From positions 13,399,903 through 13,463,902 of the forward strand of contig CM082577.2 in assembly GCA_040954595.2 (NCBI GenBank): a stretch of 64,000 nucleotides of DNA, in the 5' to 3' direction. Shown piece after piece: positions 11,714 to 34,261 of this stretch (its first letter is position 1; each line of letters opens with the position of its first letter). Source of the stretch: Balanoglossus misakiensis. Taxonomy: Eukaryota; Animalia; Hemichordata. Below the pieces are notes generated by a model, which was not told the origin of the DNA, did not search any database, and saw nothing but the letters and a program-made list of their open reading frames with translations. The translations under genes were made by a program, and so were the position numbers.

Positions 11714-13066
11714 CTGGATTAACGAGCCCATGTAAGTCTATGGGAAAAAACGCCCTCTCATCCGTGCAAGTGTTTTTTTTTTTTTTGCTTTTCACGCGGT
11801 CGCCCCGGCGCGGTGACCATACTTCAAGGTCGATGACGCGCGTTCAATATCCGGATCTACTTTTGTTTTTATTCCGCGAGATTTAAAAGCGCTACCGAAA
11901 ACATGACACCCGGTCCATCCTACCAATAGCAGCTGCAGCTTGCTCGCGATGTCTCCAGCTACAGTTTTTTTAACAACTGTACTATCGTTATGGTTATGCC
12001 ATCGACGACTGGAGCTGCAAGGACACCTGCGTTCGTCACAGTGATGTACGACTGACATATTGATTAGCGAGACCTCAGGGCATTGAGCAGCGCTGGTGAT
12101 GGGGACCGCGATCGAGCACTTTGTCATTCGGAGAGACGGAATTGCGGTTTTACACCTTTACTGTTTGAATGCTATTCTAAAATAGTTTTAATGTACAGTT
12201 CATTGAAATTGTTATTGCTATGTTCTGAATGCCATTTGTCTGGTATCAGTGACAAGTCAGCGTTGTCTGTTTTGCACTGGCAGTGTGTGTACGTCCAATG
12301 GCCATGGTGTACAGTGTATGCCGCTACCGAATCCCATCCTCTCCCGTACTCGCTGCATGTTGTAGAGCTTTCTTTGGAAATATGATCATCTCAGTAATAT
12401 TGGTGATTTGATCTGATTATTGTGTGACTGTCGGCGTCGATCCTTGCGAGGAAAAAATGATTATATCTCGCTCGCGCTCGGCTGTGTTAGTTTGGAGCAC
12501 GTCAACATCTCATGTGCAACAGAATGTAAACAAATGACATGCAAATCAATCCACAAGAGATGGAGGAATACGCGGCTCTATGCTATTGTTGGTATACGCA
12601 ATAATAATGGGTTGATAATATACCGCACGATCAAGATGTTTTACAGTTGTTAATATTTTTATTACCTCTGGGCCTGAAAGTATTATTATTATCATGTTAA
12701 CACGATTTCGCCTCTAAAATGCATTTAAGAAAGATTATTCAACATAAAATTGCAGAAATAATGCCTTTGCCGTGACGCCAATATAATATTGTAGATTTTG
12801 TAGAGAAGAATTACACAAGAGTCTCGAATATTTTGAAAAGTTCATGCTTTACCGATCGTGCGAAAGCAAAATTAACTACGATGGTAAACGTTGACAGTGT
12901 CGGCTGAATGCACTTGCTATACTCGATCATACCGTTATGGATAGCAATTACAACGATTCTCTTCATACTAAAAGAGGATTTACACGTGTTTTGACTAACT
13001 CAGTGTAGTGTTAGTACACGTTTATTCACTAGAAGGACTTCATGGGATTCTTCTGCGTGGTTCTAT

Positions 13067-15930
13067 TCAGTTTTCGGTAAGGCTGGCCAGCAACCGTCTC
13101 TCGCAAGTGAATCCCAACCTCGCGTGACCCACATAGATGTTATCCAAGACTAGGATATCGCTCTTCTGCATCTGAAATCCAACAGACTCGTTCCACAATA
13201 CTTCTCGAATGTGCTGTATGGCCTCGTCTTCGATTTCGCTTCCGTCGCCGTAGTAAGCGTGGGCGGGGTATTTGTCGTTTGGTAGGTGAAGCGAAGTCCA
13301 TGTCGGGTAGTGTTTTAAGTACGAGGAGTGATGACTATGCATTTGATTAAACCATACTTCTTGGCCTGCAACAATGTTGAACAGCTAGAGATTTACACCA
13401 GGAAAAAAACACACAATAGAACAACACGGTGAACAACTGGAGGCCACGGATCTGCTCTCGCTGCTTTAAAAGCCTGTTGACATCACAAGTTCAATGTGAT
13501 GCAATGTGAAGACAGAAGCTTGCACAAATTCCTTACACATAGTCCCAGTCAGATGTAAACAGTGAATCCATGCAGCATGTGTCCTGAAATCAGGATTCAG
13601 GACTTAAAAATGATTTTTACACCCACCTACCTGTTTTTCGATCTGTTGTAAATCCGGATAGGGTGTACCAGAATGACAGGGCGCCATCTTCCTCCCAACG
13701 ATAACTTTTCCCATATTTAGCCATATATTCTTCGACATCTGACTTATCTTCCGTTAAAAATTCCTAGCCATAAACATAGGAAGAAGTGAACTTTTCCATT
13801 GGGTTAACTTTGTAAAATATTCATATTCTCCGATAAGGATGTGCAGGTTCTCATACATGTGCGTCAAAATGGGCCTGGGATATTTTCTTCAACTTTATAC
13901 GTTAACGCACAGCTAACAATTTGTTTGCGTATACTTGCCAATAAGTTTTTACACGGTAAAATGAATTAGCGGTAAAATCATGCAAATAATTCAGAGTGTG
14001 GCCCATCACTCCATGACTGTATTAGCTGCAATGATTGTATCGGGGTTTGCTCCAACTGAATAAGCCAATTTAGCCATTCAATTCTCGGCATCGATGCAGT
14101 TGAAGGAGTTTGACCCCTACCGCCGATAAAATACGATCATGACCCCACTCTAGAAATTGCAAATTTTGCCTCCCTCAAATATATACCAACAAAGCAGCCA
14201 CGTTTTCATCGGAGGTTCAAACTTGACAAAAACTCTGCGATGTGAATGATCTCAAATTCACTCGCGTGGGTGTCGGTACGGAGTTCTTTTAGAGTCTCCC
14301 ACAGACTCTCACACAATTATTTCTGACCCATAAACATTCGGCTAGATTATACAATCCTTGCACATTTCTACCTCTTGCCAGCTTGGGAGTTCACCTCCTG
14401 CTTTCTTGGATGGAAGATATCTATGGTATCTAATGCCGAGACGTCGTACTTTCTCCACAAGTTCCGGATCCAGTTTCAGCAAGATATCTCTGACGTCAGT
14501 GATGACGGTTTGGCCTCCGTGGCCCGGAAGTGGTGGTATGTCGCAAAAAAAGAAAACCTGTACCAACAAAACAAGGAAACCAACGAACAAAATAAATAAA
14601 TAAATAAATAAATAAATAAACGAATTAACGAATAAAAAATAAATGATTCACACATCCAAGTAATATTATATCAATTAATGTCTTCCTGACTGTTAGCCAA
14701 TATAATAAGGACAACTGAGGGCAGTGAATAAATCCTGATGCGACGGAAGTTTTTGCATCATAAAAATCGATACAGGGTTTGTTTTTAAAAATCCGAGATC
14801 TGTATAAGAGTTACGCAAATTTGAGCGTTAACACAAAACATTGAGAAAAACTTATTTTGAAAGGTTATTTAAATTGCATGTCACGTGGTAGTTGTCTAAA
14901 CAATGGTCACAACGAAGAAACCAAAATGCTTTCAGAAAATATACTTTGAGAGAAATCTGAACTAAATAATGAAATGTTATTTCAAAGAGTGGATTTCTTA
15001 TCCGGCATCCTTATTTTAAGGCTAAACACAACCTATGCAAATATGAGAATCTGATATGAACTGGTCATGAGTGTGCTCCCGTGTTTTGCAAAAAATGCAG
15101 AATGGCTTGTAATTACTATCTAGTAAAACAGAACGTTCTTGTCATAGCGGTGACACAGACACACACGGATAATCACACATACAGAAATCGTGATTAGACA
15201 CGGGAACCAATATAACACCATTTTGGAGTTTGTATTTTCAAGGCATTACTTAGAGTATTTGTAGACCCTCAAACTATATACCTGTATGCTATATACCTGT
15301 GCATATCATGGCGGCATACCATACTTATATTATATGACGTACGTGCGACATAAAATAAGCAAAATGGCGGAAATGACAGTATTTGAGAAGTCCTACCTTA
15401 CTAGGGAAGTATTCCAAATAGGCGAATTCATTGTGGGGTTCTATGGTGTATTCGGCCGCCCGTTCGCTGGCCGTTTGGACGTCTTTGGCGATTTTCTGCC
15501 TACGTGCGATAATAGTGGGATCGGGCTTCATAGGTGTATATCCTAGAGCTTGCATGAACTGCGAGAATTCGCTTCCACCTTGTAACTGGGTAGCACGGAA
15601 GAGGAGAGCGCCATGGATATGCAATTCTCGTTCAATAATCTCACGAGTGTCCTTGGCGAAATCACCGATGGACGTCCGCGATCCCGGGGAACGGGAGACG
15701 TTGTACACGGCAGGGAAATTGTCCCGTGGACTCGCAATGTACTCGGGAAACTTGTTTCCTGGATTAAATGCTCCCGGTAGCCATTTTCGTCTAGCTACTA
15801 GCGCCGTCGTCTGGGCAGGTACATCGAGTCGACGGCTGTACTTGAAATGCGTGACGTATCGTTTGCTTGCGGAAAGCAAAGGTGGTCTTACCACTGATGA
15901 CGCGATAACATTTCGAAAAACAAACAACAT
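13067..15930 (-). CDS. TauD/TfdA-family Fe(II)/2-oxoglutarate dioxygenase (DdaC/SyrP/clavaminate synthase-like), ~383 aa, 4 coding exons
   Basis: Exons 15930-15397, 14557-14372, 13763-13631, 13365-13067, all with GT-AG junctions and consistent phases (1152 nt). Motifs HGALLFR, IEPHNEFAY (HxE), FFFCDIPP..GGQT, VWFNQ, YGDGSEI, DILVLDN..VGHARLGF..R (distal His and Arg). Confidence 0.92.
14591..14620. repeat. (AAAT)n microsatellite
   Basis: Direct reading. Confidence 0.9.
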
Positions 15931-17297
15931 ATTCGCAGCTGGCGAAATTTATTCCCCAGGATTCCAATTTCGTCCAGGCAGGATACACTGTTACTCAGAA
16001 GATGGCAGTGTTTCTGTAAAATCCCTGTTAGATTATATACAGTCACAACAGTAGACGTGGCCAGTCTGCCTGTATGTATGCAAACAATCATATTATAAAT
16101 CAGTGTTTTGACGCCCCAAATACACCCATATGGAGTTGATGTACATTACGGCCAGAAGGGCACCCTTTGGACGATTCCATTTTACAGGGATGTTAACACG
16201 TTAAAAAATTGTGTCTGTATACACTAAACTATCATATCATACAAAGAGACTAAGATAGTCAAGATAAGTTGTAGGCCAATTTGCATCGAGTAGACAGTTA
16301 AACATAAAAATCGCAAATCATCTTGAGGTATTAAACCGCTTAGTGTTTTTTTCATTGTCGGGTGGGCCGCAAAAATCCAGGGTGCCAAAGTAAATTTTAG
16401 AGCTGAAAGGGGATTCGTGTGAAGAGAGGGGGTTCACTTAATTTTCAGCCGTGTCCGTTTGTCCATTCAGTTTATTTTAACGCGAGTGTCATGGTGTGCA
16501 AATTAATTCACTCTCGGACTTTTTTCTTTAAAAAGAAACACCCGTCCGCAGTGGATGGTACTCCCTCACCTTTAGACCTCACATCATTAAACTTTCGTGT
16601 GATCTTTGTTAGTGCTGTGCCGAAAAGGGGCGTTTCCGACAGGCAAATTCCTCATAAAAGTTTATTTTTAATTTCTTTTTCATGTAAAAAGAGATGAGAG
16701 GGGGAACTAAATCTGGCGATCTCTCTATGTCTGCGATACAATCAATTTTGCAAATGGTCAGTTTTAAACATAATTCAAGTACTTCGAACCACCGTGTTTT
16801 ATTTATAAAAATGTCCACACAAGTACAGTGTTTTCAGTCCACCTGAAATTTCTCCAATGTTCGTGAGCGCCTAACGTGGCATTTCATACCGTTTAACATT
16901 GTGTCTTCTATAAGCTTGTGCAGTGCTTGTTCAAAGTATAGTCACCTCCAATTTGCATACGCTCATATATGGGTGAAATGACGTAGTTGAGCGTTCTAAG
17001 GAACATATGGTGGCGCACATTTTTCGCGTGTGCCACCCACTGAAAATCTGTGATTGGCTAGATCTCAATTTTCCATGGTAACTATAGCTAATTTTCCATA
17101 GGTGACCGTATACCTTTATGCCTCGTTTTCTTCTACGCCATTTTACTATACTACGTCGTGTTACTGTCTTATAATACAGACTTGCCTATAAACAAGTAGG
17201 TGAAAAGTAATCACATTACATAATGCAGATATCATCTTTTGAAGGTCTCTTTTAGGTATGCTTGTTCACTGGAGGGCGCCTTATACGGGAAGAATGT

Positions 17298-17590
17298 TCA
17301 CTATCCCCGGTAAGACTGACCAAGAGTCCTCTCTCCCCAGTAAATTCCTACCTTGCGAGACTCACATAGATGTTATCCACCGCCAAAATACCCCCCCCCC
17401 CCCTTACGCATCTGAAATCCAACCGACACTTCCCATAATACGTCCCGAACGTGATGTATATCCTTTAGCTTCGATTTTACTTCCGTCGCCGTAGTAACAG
17501 TCACTGTGGAACGGGTACTTGTCGTCATGGATATCCAGATTAGCCCACATCGGGTGGTCTTTAAAGTACGAGGAGTGGTGAGTGTTTATT
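17298..17590 (-). pseudogene. Isolated decayed last exon of a dioxygenase paralog
   Basis: Minus strand reads INTHHSSYFKDHPMWANLDIHDDKYPFH..CYYGDGSKIE ... DNIYVSLAR*EFTGERGLLVSLT, with frameshifts and a stop. Confidence 0.85.
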
Positions 17591-18066
17591 GATATGTCGA
17601 AAGGTTATCGTGGGATCGAGTTGACTGGAGTCGAGAACATGCGTCTGTAAAGATGCCATGTTGGTATTTTAAAATTGCAAGGTGGCTAAAAGCGATAAAT
17701 CATTAGCTTAGACGATCTCCCGGTTTCGCGTCATACGAGTCATTACGCTATGCTCGGGCCTGGTCATACCCCATCCTACTATGTATCACATAAAAAAAAA
17801 TAATTTCGAGGTGGTATTAAAAGTACGTCTAGGTCACTGAACCATCCTGCAATCGCTGTCACGTGAGCAGGGTTCCAGAATCGAGTTGGTCTGACTTTTA
17901 GGTCAAGTCCACTTTGGTAAAATGTCCAGCACCTTTTATATAGTCATGGAGTAGCTCCATGGTACAGTTGTCTGCGCAACGCACACGAAAAGGGACCGGA
18001 CTTTAGATTCTTATTTTGACATCTAGGTTAAAAGGTCAGAGGGTGTTTGAGTCAAACACAACAACA

Positions 18067-19683
18067 ATGTCGGGCATTACCACCAGGGTAGAGACAATGC
18101 GGTTACTTCAGTCTATCCTCCACAAAGCACTGAAGAGTTCCGTGGTAGCCCTAAGCATATCTCGTCCCCGCTCCGCCAACGCCGGATGTGCTCCGAACTT
18201 CCAGTACAGCCAAAAGCTTGATGTTCCAGCCCAGAAAGTGCGGCGGCGGTTTTATCGGGGAGAAACTGCCTCCTGGGCGCTCTAACACCAGGAAACACGG
18301 TCCCGAAATATCTAGCGAGTCCGAGGGGACAACCTCTCGGCAATGTACGATGCCAGTCCGCCTGAGAGTGGTTCGACAGCCATTAGCGACTTTGCGAAAG
18401 GCGCCCGTGAGCGCGTCGAACGAGTTTTACACATTCACGGCGCGATTCTCTTCCGCGGTTTACCAATGCAAAATGGTGGCGTCGAATTCTCGCAGTTCAT
18501 GCAGTGCCTTGGGTATACTGCTTTAGGTTGAACAAGAAACCATGGTTGTACAAAATACTAAAACGTAAAGAAGAACTTTTATGTTTGTGTTATGTAGTCA
18601 TGTAAAAAACATGTCATTTCTCACAAGGTTTTGCCATCTACGACGTAGGCAGTCATTCATAATGATTTCACAATTTCAACCCATGCACTGTTCTGTACGT
18701 GACATGATGACATTCGCAAAATAGCGAAGATTTTTCTAATTTTGGAAAGAAAACCAACCCCACTTCTCTCCTTGCTCGGGTTTCTTCACTGAAAATAAAA
18801 CAGACGTTGAGAGGTACATGGCAGACCACGGCAGGAATTATCGTTGGGAAGATGATGGCGCCCTCACATACTGGTGCAACCTCTCCGGGGTTGCAACTCA
18901 TCCGAAAACGGATGAGTTAATTAGTGTATGGACCAAAGGAGTTTACCGTGCACCCCAACCCCCCCTCGAGTGTGCCTGTATTATTTACTGTCTGTTTGAA
19001 AAATAAAAGATATTGGCATTAAAAGTTTTGTGATGATCTCCCGTATGAAAAAATAGTGAGTTTGAAAACAGGAGATGACAAATCTACCCTCAAACCCTAT
19101 CGTGGTACCAATAAGTTGTCACAAACCACCACCGCCACCACCACCACCAGCAACAACAATAACGACAACAAAAAATAACTATTCCTGAATCGCAAACATA
19201 TAGAGGGGAGTGAGTAGGGACAGGTAGTAAAAGGTGTTACGTTTATGGCTCATTTTGTGGCGAAAAGACCTTTAATATCAAATGAATGACGATTTTTAAA
19301 TCATGGGACCGATTAAGACTGAAATGTCTTTTCATTAAAATTACCTTTGTGTGACAAGACGTGCATTGAATTTTATTGCAGGACAAGAAGTACGGTTCAA
19401 TCAAATGAATACTAATCACGGCTCCTATTTTGAGTATCAACTCAATTGGGCTAATCTCGACATCCCCGTGGAGAAGTACCCCTTTCACTGTTACTATGGA
19501 GATGGAAGCGAAACCGAACCCGAGGCTTTACACGAGCACGAGCGAGAAGTGTTGTGGGAAGTGTCTGATTGATTTCAGATGCAGACGTGTGACAGTCTGG
19601 CGAAGGATAACCTCTATGAAAGTCATTCTAGATTGGGGTTTTCCGGGGAGAGACGATTCTTGGTCAGCCTTACCACGGACTGA
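18067..19683 (+). pseudogene. Inverted dioxygenase paralog pseudogene
   Basis: Exon-1-like 18067-18526 (FQYSQKLDVPAQ; ISDFAKGARERVERVLHIHGAILFRG..EFSQFMQCLGY; frameshifted, HxE region lost). Exon-3-like ~18785-18915 (YRWEDDGALTYW). Exon-4-like 19382-19683 (FNQM..YPFHCYYGDGSE; in-frame stop). No exon-2 equivalent found. Confidence 0.88.
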
Positions 19684-22600
19684 AGGGGAACTCTATTTTA
19701 ATTAGGGACGTTCCTGGACAGCGGTAACTTTCTGTTGCCTCCCTAGAATAAACCTTTTAAGCAGGTTTGTGTTTTAACACGTCGATTAAACCCACAACCA
19801 ACGTCAGCTTTGCACTTTAAACTGGACAATTTGTTTATGACTTAAAAATTGGCCGGTAAAATTAACGTAAAATCAATAGTTTTGACAACATGATTATACA
19901 ATCAACCAAGATCAGATGCCTTCCTTGTGTATCTAGAGACTAATCTTCTTCTATCAATGTCTCTAGATTGGAGGATCAGGTTATAGGTCAAGGTGTGTTG
20001 AGAAAGAAACTCTGAATAAAACATTAAAGTTCTTCGACGGAGTAGTCGATGGTTTACAAACCTGGCAAAATAGAGACTGGCATAGTGTTTCCGTCAGTAT
20101 AGTCATTTGGGCCTAATTTTCTCATATTGTTTTAATTGTGAACAACAGTTTTATTTTCAAGTGTCCAGATTCCGCTAAGTGTTAGATGCATGGCCGGACC
20201 CCGTGAATAAGACTCTCTACGTTTATATTACGCTGTATAACAAGAGAAATGACTTCGAGTTCACTATCACCATTTTCCAAACATCCTTGTATTTGGTGTG
20301 TTGCATAGAGCCAATATATTCGGAGAATGTATTGGTTGTTTAGATTTAGGCCATGCTACTTTTCTTACCACTAAGGTGTCCTCGAAGTGTAATTCGACCA
20401 CCTGACGAGGCGGCGCTCGAACACACACCTGTGATAACATCGACATGGATGTCTGAAATGAGTCGTTATCACAACAGCGCCATCAATGCAAGAAAAATGC
20501 ACTGTCGTGACCGTGTGCGCAAAGATGAACGGTCGATATCGCGGAGCCTGGTGACCACGTCATGTTTATAGATAACCTATGCCCAGGCACAGGCATACAG
20601 ATTTTCCTGATATCACAGAACGCCAGTGCTTTGTGACTTTGCTTAAATGCCACATATGATAGGAAACGTACGTATTTGTATTCTCCACTCGAAATCTCTG
20701 AGGTGAAAATTTTAATTACTTCAAGTGAATGTTCACCACCCTTTGGCCACCACTAGTTCAACACAGAGAAACAAAACGTCTCAGGTCAGTTATCGAGAAA
20801 GCTATAAATCAAACGTCAACACAATACCGTTTTCTGTCACACCCCCTCTTGTAAATTCTAACGCCGGTTAAACAACGTTGCTACTTGTACTTTGCTCTTC
20901 TATCAAATAATAAGTGCGCACAATCGACAAAGTTCGGCCACAGTTCAGACGAAACTAAATCACTTGATCTTTCTGTACTGCGCCTGACCGTTCGTCATAC
21001 TGCTATTTTCGGAGTGCTCGGAGAGCTACGCAACATCTCAGATCTTATCGTCAATTGCACCAAGCTAACACTCTTGTAAAGATTTTATGATTGGATTTTT
21101 TCTCCTGGCCTATGAAAAAAATGGGGCCCTCAATTTCGACATTTGAACGAAATATTTTACATGGACATGAGCACAATTATGATCGGAGTGTAAATGCTGC
21201 CATGTAGTGGCAGGGGTACACCGTCCTGTTTTTGGCTTTGAAACGTGCTCACAAAGTGGAAACAAAATTTAACCCTAACACGGGGAAACGACGAACCAAG
21301 TGCGCATTTCCTTCATGAATGCTCTATATAGAAAATGGCCACTGTTCGCGTTGTTGTGCACCTGTTTATAGAGTTGGCTTGTACACATGAGTTCTTTCGG
21401 AGCTGGCCTGGAACAATGCTGCATTGTAGGAGGCATAACGATGAAAATATTTCGCTTTATTTCCCCCTTCGATATAATGCAAAATACACAAACAGCTTAG
21501 TGCCTTGATCACACTCGAAATGCCAGAGTGACTGTTTCCAAAGATACAATGCTATGTTACGCCCCCTGTTGATTCATTTGTGTCTGGATTTCAGTTGGCC
21601 GCATTTTCGAAACTGCTATAGTAATTCACGTATATCAGTACCTGCCCCGATTCCTCAACGTCATATAAGAGAATAAGCCACGATTCAAACGTCTGTAAGT
21701 TCTGAATGTCCATCGCTTTATTTCTTATTTCGCTTAATCCTTAAATGATATATTACAATCACAAGTCACGGTGAGTTTACCGTATTCCTACAAAATGAAC
21801 GCTTGTTAATCGTTTATAAAAGTAAATGGTACATAACTGAATTGTATTTTCTGATTCTAAAGGTCAGTTTTGTCATGAGATGCTGGAACAAGACAACATT
21901 TTTTCTAATTCAAGGTACTACTCCGGAGATGATCTCATCACCAACAGGAGTGGTGGCGCCTGTCACGCGACCCTATCATACGCCTTGCTAATTTGTTGAC
22001 ATGTAATAATTAGTTTGGATAAGAAGTGATTGCGCACGAAAATAAATAAATAAATAACTAGGATGATGACACTGTTTGAAACTGCGCCCTCATTAAGGCA
22101 ACCTCCAGTTACATGTTACTGTCCGTGAGTACAAATAAATCTGGGTGAGAAGGGTTCACTGAACGTTCATTCGGTCACAGGCGACAGTTTGACAATAACA
22201 TGTTGTCAATATTATACTTTGACGATTTCGATCAGCCGTATGTCATGCTATCAGATGTTGCTGAAGCAAAATACAGCAGGACACATTGAGAGAAGGACAT
22301 GCGCAGGTAACGAGAGACGAAGACAAGCACAACTTATCACGGCAGCCAACATCCCCGGCAGTGTCGTATTTTCATAAACATCCACCTGGCCCAGAAATCA
22401 TTTTTTCGAGGTAGTCACACACAAGGCTTCGTTTATCTAAAGAAGAAAACAAAAAATAAGATGACTCGTGTCGTTCACTAGTACAGATGGCGCAAAATAT
22501 ATTAATCTGCCATTGGTGATTGTCAAGTTTTTCCAATGAAGGAATTATGTCTATGTAATCGCTCTCCCATTTTTTGAAAACCCTATGGTAAATTTAAGTC

Positions 22601-23703
22601 CTCGGGAGATACATAGTACGACTATGCAATCCTGTGATAAACTGGCTGTAAATCTCTTAGTTCAAGTTAGTGGGCGAAGCATCTCTTTTTGCTTAAAGCA
22701 AGTTACGGTTTTGACAAACTTCACAATAAAATTAGAATACAATGCAACACGCATGTCAGAGTTCGGGTCAAACATTCGATGGAATAAATGGCTACATTGT
22801 GTGGACGGCATTTAATTGTTTATTAACCTGTTATTTTTTTTGATAGTTGAACGTCCGGTTCTCCTTTCAGCGCTGCGACATGCCCACAGATATCACATAA
22901 AAACTACACATTATGACTCAGTGTTCAGAAAATTACTCGATGTGAGAAATGCATGTACTGTTATTGAGAAACGTTTAAACAAAAATAAAAACGAAATGTA
23001 TACTTCAAACAGTCGTTATGATTAAGCTGTGCCGTTTGCAAATGCTACAGATAGACACAAACACTTGTTTTTATTAAATCATGGCGTTATTGTTTGTACT
23101 CCATCACGTGACGAGAAGCAGCCAGTTAAAGTTTGTATACAAGTTCGTTATAGGTCAGTGTAAAATTGCTATGACATGTGCTTTAAGGATCCTGTTGCGA
23201 CGTTAATATGTGGCAACATATTTTGTAAGTATCACGGTTTTCTTTCCAAGATTGAGATTTCAATGCCAGAAAATGTCACGTATATGGGCTTTTCTGGCGT
23301 TGAAATATAATCTACTCTTTCCATGTGAATGCGTCGGAAAATATCGGTGATATGGACCAATATCTGATGACGTAAACGTACAAAATGTCGTGCCATACCT
23401 GTTTGTGTGACAGCACTCCAGTTCCTGTATCCATCATACATGTGGCATTTCGACCAGAATCCGGGTAATCACAACTTCGAGGGTAACCGTGTGGTTTGTT
23501 CTTCGGGTTGCCGTGGTTCATTGTATCATTTCGTTGTTTTTTCAGGCAGTTGTGAAAGTTGAACTTGCAACTCTTGCAGTGCACTTGACCCAGAAGGGAC
23601 TGGCCAAAACGCTTGTGTACATGGTGGAGAGTGTTCTGGAGACGTAAGACATATATAGTTAGCTGTATTAAGATGGAGAGAGAAAGAGAAAAGAGAGGTA
23701 GAG

Positions 23704-23711
<8 letters not shown>

Positions 23712-23742
<31 letters not shown>
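23712..23742. repeat. (GA)n microsatellite
   Basis: Direct reading. Confidence 0.95.
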
Positions 23743-23746
<4 letters not shown>

Positions 23747-24544
23747 CAATGAAAGTGTCATACTTTCAGCGAAACTGGCTTGTCTCATATTGATACTAAG
23801 TATTAAAAGATGTCTGATTAAGAGAGGCTGACCATTAAAAACATCTCTTTAAACATCTTAACAATCTTTGACATGCCCACGTTAAAATAATTCTGTTACC
23901 CGTTGGCTAACCATGTATTTCAAAAACGCACGACTTTGCTCTGTAGTAAATGAACAATGTACATTTTCCTCAAATTTTCTCACATGAAGACATGCCTAGA
24001 TACAGGTTAGGAAACGGCGTTTTGTGATAAAGCACTCTCACGAATATACGGCAATTTAATTTGACTTAATGTGTTTTGTTATCAATTTTGAAACACTATC
24101 TCTCTAGCACTGGCAACGAAGTCGGGAGCAATTAATACGAAAAATAAAGTATGTGATTTTTATTTAAGCTCATGCATTACACGTAATACTAGTATTAACA
24201 GAATGAAATGTAATCATAGATAGGCCTGGAAAATTCATTTTCCAACTTCAGTGCAATTAAATTTGTCAAATTGAACAATCATGAAAATTGTGTGACAGAA
24301 ATATTGCTAATTTACTACTGGAAAGTGATATTTTAAAACTTAAAACCTAGTAGGAAGTACAACATTTTCTCAGTAAATAACTGCATTTTATAGGATTGTG
24401 AGTTGATGAAACCTATAATAATTGCTTTGTTCCTAAGTTAAGCACGTGGTCCAATAGTGAAAATTGTGTCGTTTGGAGACAGTTGAGCCGACTGAATACG
24501 CTACGATCTATGTTTTTGGTCAGCTACTTTATTTTTAATAAACA

Positions 24545-24651
24545 AATAAATCAATAAATAAAAATAATGAAATAATGAATGAATGAAATAATGAATGAAT
24601 GAAATAATGAATGAATGAATGAATGAATGAATGAATGAATGAATGAATGAA

Positions 24652-24694
<43 letters not shown>

Positions 24695-24830
24695 ATGCAT
24701 ACATACATACATACATACATACATACATACATACATACATACATACATACATACATACATACATACATACATACATACATACATACATACATACATACAT
24801 ACATACATGTACATACATACATACATAAAT
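24545..24830. repeat. Compound microsatellite (AATG)n-(AAAT)n-(ACAT)n
   Basis: Direct reading; lies ~80 bp upstream of the first coding exon of RTK1. Confidence 0.97.
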
Positions 24831-24911
24831 AAAAAATAAAATGTAAAATATTTTCATTGGCGAAGCCCGTCATCAATTTATATCGACATATAACAAATTT
24901 ATTTTGTCAGG

Positions 24912-33618
<8,707 letters not shown>

Positions 33619-34261
33619 ACTTTATTCTCAAGTGGACATCAACAGGTCGTCGAATATGTAATATTCAAAAAGCGAAACCTCAGACAATATGTAGTTTGTA
33701 CACTGCCTAACAAAACGATTACATATTTACAAGTAATTCTAGTGGCGATTATGATGTATATATGCTCACTGTGGTCTGTTGTAGAATAGTTTTAATTAAT
33801 TCACGTATCGATTAACTGTGGCGCGAAAACGCCCTGAAACTTAACAGCTACATACTAACGTTATTTGTGACTATAAACGACTGTGGCAATATTCATACAG
33901 CCGGCCTATCATGAAGCGCTGAAAACAATATGGATGTATTCACGAAATTGTCTGTTATATGTGGAAATCGACTCAGGTTCAATCATTTACAACAGGGTTA
34001 ATACTATATGTTTGACAAGCGGGTGTGAAATGTAAGATAACCTGCTTTCTTATTTGAGATTTTATATTGGAAATCTGTACAATACTTTAAACTGCGGCAA
34101 CATTTCTTTTGGGCTTTAACAGTGATTTGGACCGTGTGACGTTAATAAATTTGGCTTATCTACTGAAGCCTTCTCCCTGTATGCACGCTCCTGTCTTTGT
34201 GTCGTTCTGAGTGTCGGTAATATGCAAATAAAATTCAAGGCATGTCCACAAGCAACCTGAT

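Noticed and set aside
15431-16054. 207-aa plus-strand ORF
   Set aside because: Antisense shadow of the GC-richer dioxygenase exon 1, with no recognisable motifs.
13067-19683. Bacterial contamination or a biosynthetic gene cluster
   Set aside because: The gene has canonical spliceosomal introns and animal repeats around it; no NRPS or operon neighbours.
20850-22000. Exon-like segments (20914-21079, 21594-21695, 21915-21991)
   Set aside because: Short, no consistent reading frame or domain; could be UTR exons of RTK1 but unsupported.
23390-23640. Possible orphan minus-strand exon (..HCKSCKFNFHNC..; acceptor near 23635, donor near 23397)
   Set aside because: No partner exons or recognisable domain, and the alternative frames have stops; cannot be supported.
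24501-24876. ORFs with MYVC/FIHS repeats (also 31345-31812 HT/VC and 23613-23831 RE)
   Set aside because: These are translations of microsatellites.
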